DNA of 64,000 bases from Eledone cirrhosa (lineage: Eukaryota): positions 41,912,001 through 41,976,000 of the forward strand of contig OZ024752.1 in assembly GCA_964016885.1 (NCBI GenBank), given 5' to 3'. Below the pieces are notes generated by a model, which was given only the letters and a program-made list of their open reading frames with translations, had not been told where the DNA came from and did not search any database. Position numbers and translations under genes: made by a program. Below, piece by piece: positions 57,910 to 64,000 of the stretch (its first letter is position 1; each line of letters begins with the position of its first letter).

Positions 57910-58700
57910 AATATATATATAGGTATATAAATATATAAATATATATGTATATATATGTATATATAAATATATATGTATATATATGTATATATAAATATAT
58001 ATATGTATATATAAATATATATGTATATATAAATATATATAAATATATATGTATATATAAATATATATGTATATATATGTATATATAAATATATATGTAT
58101 ATATATGTATATATAAATATGTATATGTATATATATGTATATATAAATATATATAAATATATATGTATATATAAATATATATAAATATATATGTATATAT
58201 ATATGTATATATATGTATATATAAATATATATGTATATATATGTATATATAAATATATATATGTATATATAAATATATATGTATATATAAATATATATGT
58301 ATATATATGTATATATAAATATATATGTATATATATGTATATATAAATATATATGTATATATAAATATATATATGTATATATAAATATATATGTATATAT
58401 ATGTATATATAAATATATATGTATATATAAATATATATATGTATATATAAATATATATATGTATATATATATGTATATATAAATATATGTATATATAAAT
58501 ATATATATATATATGTATATATAAATATATATATATATATGTATATGTATATATAAATATATATGAATATGTATATATATATATAAATATATATGAATAT
58601 GTATATATAAATGTATATGTATATATAAATGTATATGTATATATGAATATGTATATATAAATGTATATGTATATATGAATATGTATGTATATATATATTT
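57910..58700. repeat. AT-rich microsatellite block; about 120-bp triplication follows at 58970-59330
   Basis: atatataaatatatatgt-type units. Confidence 0.9.
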
Positions 58701-58936
58701 TCTGTGTGTACTTTACTTTGAAGCTGACCTTAATTGTACTTGAATCATTTTGAACAACAAAACACAAGATTTTCTGTAATGGGTCCCTTCACACCTTACA
58801 CAATCCCACATAAAAGTTAGGAACCAAATCACATAATCACCCCAAACGATCTAACTTTCTTATTCGTGTATATACCAACATTCATCTGTTTACTCATATA
58901 TATATATACACAAGTTTAACTTTTTAAAAATGTAAT

Positions 58937-58975
<39 letters not shown>

Positions 58976-59054
58976 CACACTCACTCACACATACATAAAA
59001 ACATCCAGTTGACTGTTTACTCATATCTGCGCTGGTTTAAATAAAAAGAAAATG

Positions 59055-59085
<31 letters not shown>

Positions 59086-59175
59086 GTATATGTATATACA
59101 CTCACTCACACATACATAAAAACATCCAGTTGACTGTTTACTCATATCTGCGCTGGTTTAAATAAAAAGAAAATG

Positions 59176-59210
<35 letters not shown>

Positions 59211-59387
59211 GTATATGTATATACACTCACTCACACATACATAAAAACATCCAGTTGACTGTTTACTCATATCTGCGCTGGTTTAAATAAAAACAAAATG
59301 TTAGTATGTGTATATATATATATATATACACACACACGTACACATGTTAAGACATCTGCTTAACTGTTTACTCATGTGTCTACATAC

Positions 59388-59425
<38 letters not shown>

Positions 59426-60630
59426 GTCTTTAAACATCTACTTAACTCATTCATGTAAATCTGTGACTGTATTATCATCTCCACATATGTATCTGAAGGT
59501 AAGACTTAAAATTTAAAAAGAGTATATGTATATATATGTATATATACATGTGTATGTGTATGTATATATGTGTATGTGTATATATATATATATGTATATA
59601 TATATGTGTGTGTATGTGTATATATATATATGTATATATATATGTGTGTGTATGTATGTATGTATGTATATATATATATGTATGTATAACATATTTGTAA
59701 TAATTGTAAGAAAAATCCAAACAAAGAAATGATGAATACGCTTTCTTTCTTCTCATGACATTGAAAAAAATTGGAAACATTAAACATTTTTTGATCTGCT
59801 TTATATATTTGTTATATTTTATATATTTATTATATTTTAAGCCGGTCATATCCGGCCAGACTTCTCTCATCTCTTTCTGTTGAATTCAGCTGTAACTGGC
59901 TGCTCATATCTACATTAAGTTATTGTTCTGAAAACAAATAACATCAAAATCTCGTAGATTCAGTATTATGTGAGATAATTATAATAATAATAATAATGAA
60001 ATTATTGTGTACAGTGCTCAGGTGCACTACAACTCATCAAAGGTGCATGTATAGTACATAGAATAATGTACGAGCCATGAAATACATATGTGCGAAGCCT
60101 TTACTGTGAAAATACAATAGTATATATAGAGTACTGAAAATGTTATGTGAGATATTATGTGAGGTAAAGCCTTTACTGTGAAAATACAATAGTATATATA
60201 GAGTAATGTAAATGTTATGTGAGGTAAGGCCTTTACTGTGAAAATACAATAGTATATATAGAGTCATGAAAATGTTGAAGGGTTAAACAGGTGACAAATT
60301 GGCAGAATTGCTAGTGTCAGATTAGAATAGTTTACAGTAGTAGTTCTGGTTCTGTGTGTTCTGAGTTCGAATAATGCCATGGTCAACACTGCCTTTTGTC
60401 CTTTCAGTGTTGAGAAATAAAGTACAAATCCTAGGGTGGTGGATGAATTTGTGGAACTGTGAGAGCTTTGGATATGATGCCCTTCAATATCTCTTGTCTT
60501 TTGTGTTCTGATTTGAAATCACAATGAAAACATCTTTGCTTTCATCCTCTCAGAGTCAATAAATGAAATACCTGTCAGAATTCTTAAGGTGTTCAACCCT
60601 TTAGCATTTACATTATTCTATATATACGAG

Positions 60631-60820
60631 GGCGGTGGATTGGCAGTATCGGTAGAGGGTCGGACGCCATGCTTTCCAGCATAGTTACGTCCCTTTACGA
60701 TCTGAGTTGAAATCCCGCCGAGGTTGACTTTGCCTTTCATCCTTACGGGGTCGATAAAATAAAGTACCAGTAATGCACTGGGTATTTGCTGGCCTTGTGC
60801 CTAAATTAGAAACAATTATT
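60631..60820 (+). mobile_element. MetaSINE-like element, about 190 bp (copies at 8408-8560-, 13052-13243-, 19349-19537-, 20018-20205+, 29258-29445+, 38019-38138+, 38156-38320-, 41281-41380+, 44986-45122+, 60835-61016+)
   Basis: tRNA-like head with GAGTTCAAATC B box in most copies; central gcctttcatccttacggggtcgataaaataaagtacc resembles the Meta domain; (ATT)n end. Confidence 0.75.
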
Positions 60821-61329
60821 CTATATATACGAGCAGTGGATTGGCAATATCAGTAGAGAGTCATGCTTTTCAGGATAGAGTTATGACCTTTTACGGTCTG
60901 AACTCAAATCTCGCCGAGGTTAACTTTGCCTCTCATCCTTATGCAGTCGATAAAATAAAGTACCAGTGATACACTGGGATAATGCTGGCCCTGTGCCAAA
61001 AAGTAGAAACAATTATTGTATTTTCTCACATAATATCGAAACTACAAAATTGTGATGTTATTTATTTTGAGAACAATACGTTAATGTAGGTTTGAGCGGC
61101 CAGTTGCAGCCGGTTTGAATAGAAAGAGGTGAGAGAGTTCTGGCCAGATATGGCCAGTTTAAATGCCTGATGGTATTTGTTCTGGCATTCTGAGTTCAAA
61201 TCATGCCATGGTCAACTTTGCCTTTCATCCTCTCAGGGTTGATAGACTGCCAGTCCAGGGGCAGTGTGTTGGCAGAATCATGAGAGAAGTTAAATGTGAT
61301 ATTTTTTACAGCCTTTCACATTCTGAGTT

Positions 61330-61680
61330 CATCATCATCATCATCATCATCATTTCATTTTACGTCCGCTTTTTCCCTGCTTGCAAGGGTGGGACGGGAA
61401 CTGATTCTGGCTTGATTTCTACAGCTGGATGCTCTTCCTAACACCAACCTCATTTACAGTGAGTGCTGGGTGCTTATTTGCCGTGGCACCTCCACGACCA
61501 CTTTGCAGTGGAATGATAGGGACCCCAGTCCTATCATCTCATTTCTACAGCTGAGTAAACTGGAGCAATGTGAAATAAAGTGTCTTGCTCAAGGAAACAA
61601 CACATCACCCGGTCTGAGAATTGAACTCACAACCTTTCGATTGCAAGGCCAATGCTCTAACCACTAAGCCATGTGCTTCT
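61330..61680 (-). mobile_element. CORE/RTE-tail SINE copy
   Basis: Matches the family consensus. Confidence 0.85.
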
Positions 61681-62386
61681 GCAATAATACTGGTGTCGTC
61701 GGCATTTGCCTTCCTCTTCGACATCATGTGTGGTGAATATGAAGAAGAAGACATTTGGCTGGTGGATTGTGAATTTATATCTCATTGCAGATGTTTTAAA
61801 GTCCAGGGAAAGGATTTCAGTATAGCTGGAACTTCATGGAAGTCAGATTATTTCATTTTATTTTCAGAATCTTAAGTTATCTCCCCTTCAACATTGCAGG
61901 ATTGATTTACTTTCTCGGCCTGTTTAAATCAAGGGAGATAACCGGATCCCTCCCTAGCTTTTTTTACTCATCGCGCATTTCTCCAATATGAAGGAAGCAT
62001 TGTTTCCTGTCATTATTTGTGTCAATGTCAAATTTAACTTGACAGTGACCTATCTCTCTCTTAGTAACTAGGTTATATATGTATACATATGTTTTAAACT
62101 ATTTCCCTCTGTCTCTCAGTAAGTTCTGTAACATTTAGACCCTCTTCCTGCTATATAAAGCGTTAAACTAATATATACCTTCCATATACTGTACCGATTG
62201 TGTTGTTATTTCTGTTTACCTTTTACATACACACACACATATATATATAGTTATGTAATAAACAACATAAGGCAATTATTCCATTTACCAGTGGTTTCTT
62301 AAAAGCAAAAAATGTTGCTTTCAATCAGCAGAATGAAAAAATCCTGGTGTATTTATTGATATTGGATTCTCTACATATATATATAT

Positions 62387-62509
62387 ATAATATAAGATCA
62401 AAAGATGGTTAAAGGAGTTCCATGTATTTTATTATGCGCATTTCAAAATTTGAAATGCGCATAATAAAATACATGGAACTCCTTTAACCATCTTTTGATC
62501 TTATATTAT
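62387..62509. repeat. Perfect palindrome, about 60-bp arms
   Basis: ...tatgcgcatttcaaa-a-tttgaaatgcgcata... with flanks fully complementary. Confidence 0.9.
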
Positions 62510-62592
62510 GTATACTCCAGTCCTACAAACTGTAGAGTGCTTCTTATCCAATATCTGCATTGCTTTATTGTACTACAATAAAACTCACCTCC

Positions 62593-62639
<47 letters not shown>

Positions 62640-63279
62640 CTTGACATAGTACCCCCTCTTTCTCCTTTGATTGGACTATATTAACCGTTCCGTTGCCAAA
62701 TTTCTAATGATGTTTAAGATTGAAAACAATCAGGACCGGACAATATCTTTAGTGTTGGTGCCGCGATAAAATTCACTCAATACACTCTATAAAGTGGTTG
62801 GTTTTAGGAAGAGTATTAAACCATAGTGAACATGCCAAGATCTGGAATCTAAGAATGTGACAGGGTCACTGGATTGTCTTGGAGGGTAAAAACTCTGAAT
62901 AAGAAGTAAGTGGGACCATGACAATCCATCTAACCCATGCCTATATTGGAAAGGGTCTGTAAAATTCATGATCACAATTGTTATTTATGTTAAGATTGAT
63001 TGAAACCGTGAAATATGAGAGAAAATATAATTATCAAACTACATAAAATGCCCCCATTCCCAAATATTAATTATTAAATATGAATTTGTATCAGTTACTT
63101 ATATTTTAAGTACACACACATCATCATCATCATCATCATTTTACGTCCGCTTTTCCCTGCTTGCAAGGGTATATATATATATACATGCTTATATATAAAC
63201 ATATACACTCCTGCATATGTGTGAATATATATATGGTATATATATATATATATATATACCATGTTTATATATAAGCATG

Positions 63280-63310
<31 letters not shown>

Positions 63311-63329
63311 ATTATATAAACATACACAT

Positions 63330-63360
<31 letters not shown>

Positions 63361-63492
63361 ACGAAGGAAGTGTGGTAAGGAACCAGATGGACCATAACGC
63401 ACCAGAGTACTCAATACTTTGGGTAGTAGAGTGGGTAATAGGAAAATAGCCGTCGAAACGGCTTGAGCTCTGCCGTCGGGGTTAAACATTTT

Positions 63493-63533
<41 letters not shown>

Positions 63534-64000
63534 GTGTATGTGTATTATATAAATTCACACACACACACACACGTGTGTGTGTGTGTGTGCGTAACTTTCT
63601 TTAATTTTAATGCATCTCAAATTCTTTAAATTAGTTCCCAGTAGTTTGGGCAAAGATTTGGAATATTAAATTTCTATTTTATAAGCCAAAGTGACGTTAC
63701 TGAGTACACTTGACCTTGTTCTCAACAGTATTTGAGAAACATTCAAAGATTATATACTGCAAACGTTGCTTTATTTAAAATGTAATATGTTATATAACAT
63801 CTATGGGCGGAGATATGTCCGAGTCGTTAGAACGTCGGATAGAATTCTTCGTGGGATTTGAACTCAGCTTGCTGAGAGCTGGAACAAACATCACAAAGCA
63901 TTCTATCAGGCATTCGTAGTCTTATAAACGAATTTGAATAATGAAAATAACACAAGGCGGGGGAGGTAGTGGTCGACTTCCCTGTGGTGGGCCCTGAAAT

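Noticed and set aside
57886-58767. Long Y/I/H/T-rich ORFs here and at 1282-3793, 34354-35295, 40771-42092, 59475-59870
   Set aside because: Translations of (TA)n/(CA)n microsatellites with no protein signal.

Overview
AT-rich, repeat-dense animal genomic DNA, most likely a cephalopod (octopus-like); this is inferred from the tRNA/CORE- and Meta-type SINEs, RTE LINEs and abundant (TA)n tracts. Two genes lie head-to-head. PAXIP1/PTIP is on the minus strand (20 coding exons, 37320->8869, about 1022 aa, six BRCT domains, one U12-type minor intron). DCAF7/WDR68 is on the plus strand (8 coding exons, 44433->53168, 347 aa). Introns and intergenic DNA carry a young 5'-truncated RTE with a PHD-like finger inside its RT, many SINE and MITE copies, a deleted mariner and several minisatellites. 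The most striking unexplained signal is a set of about 20 type-I hammerhead-ribozyme-like motifs or remnants (CUGANGA...GAAA...UH with paired stems) from several sequence families. They sit in short elements inserted in (TA)n tracts, often as inverted dimers and once as a 103-bp tandem array, which resembles a Penelope-like/retrozyme system. Other oddities are amplified copies of real splice junctions with the acceptor AG or start ATG inactivated, and a 44-bp minisatellite derived from RTE coding sequence. Exon boundaries were read by hand; repeat boundaries are approximate.
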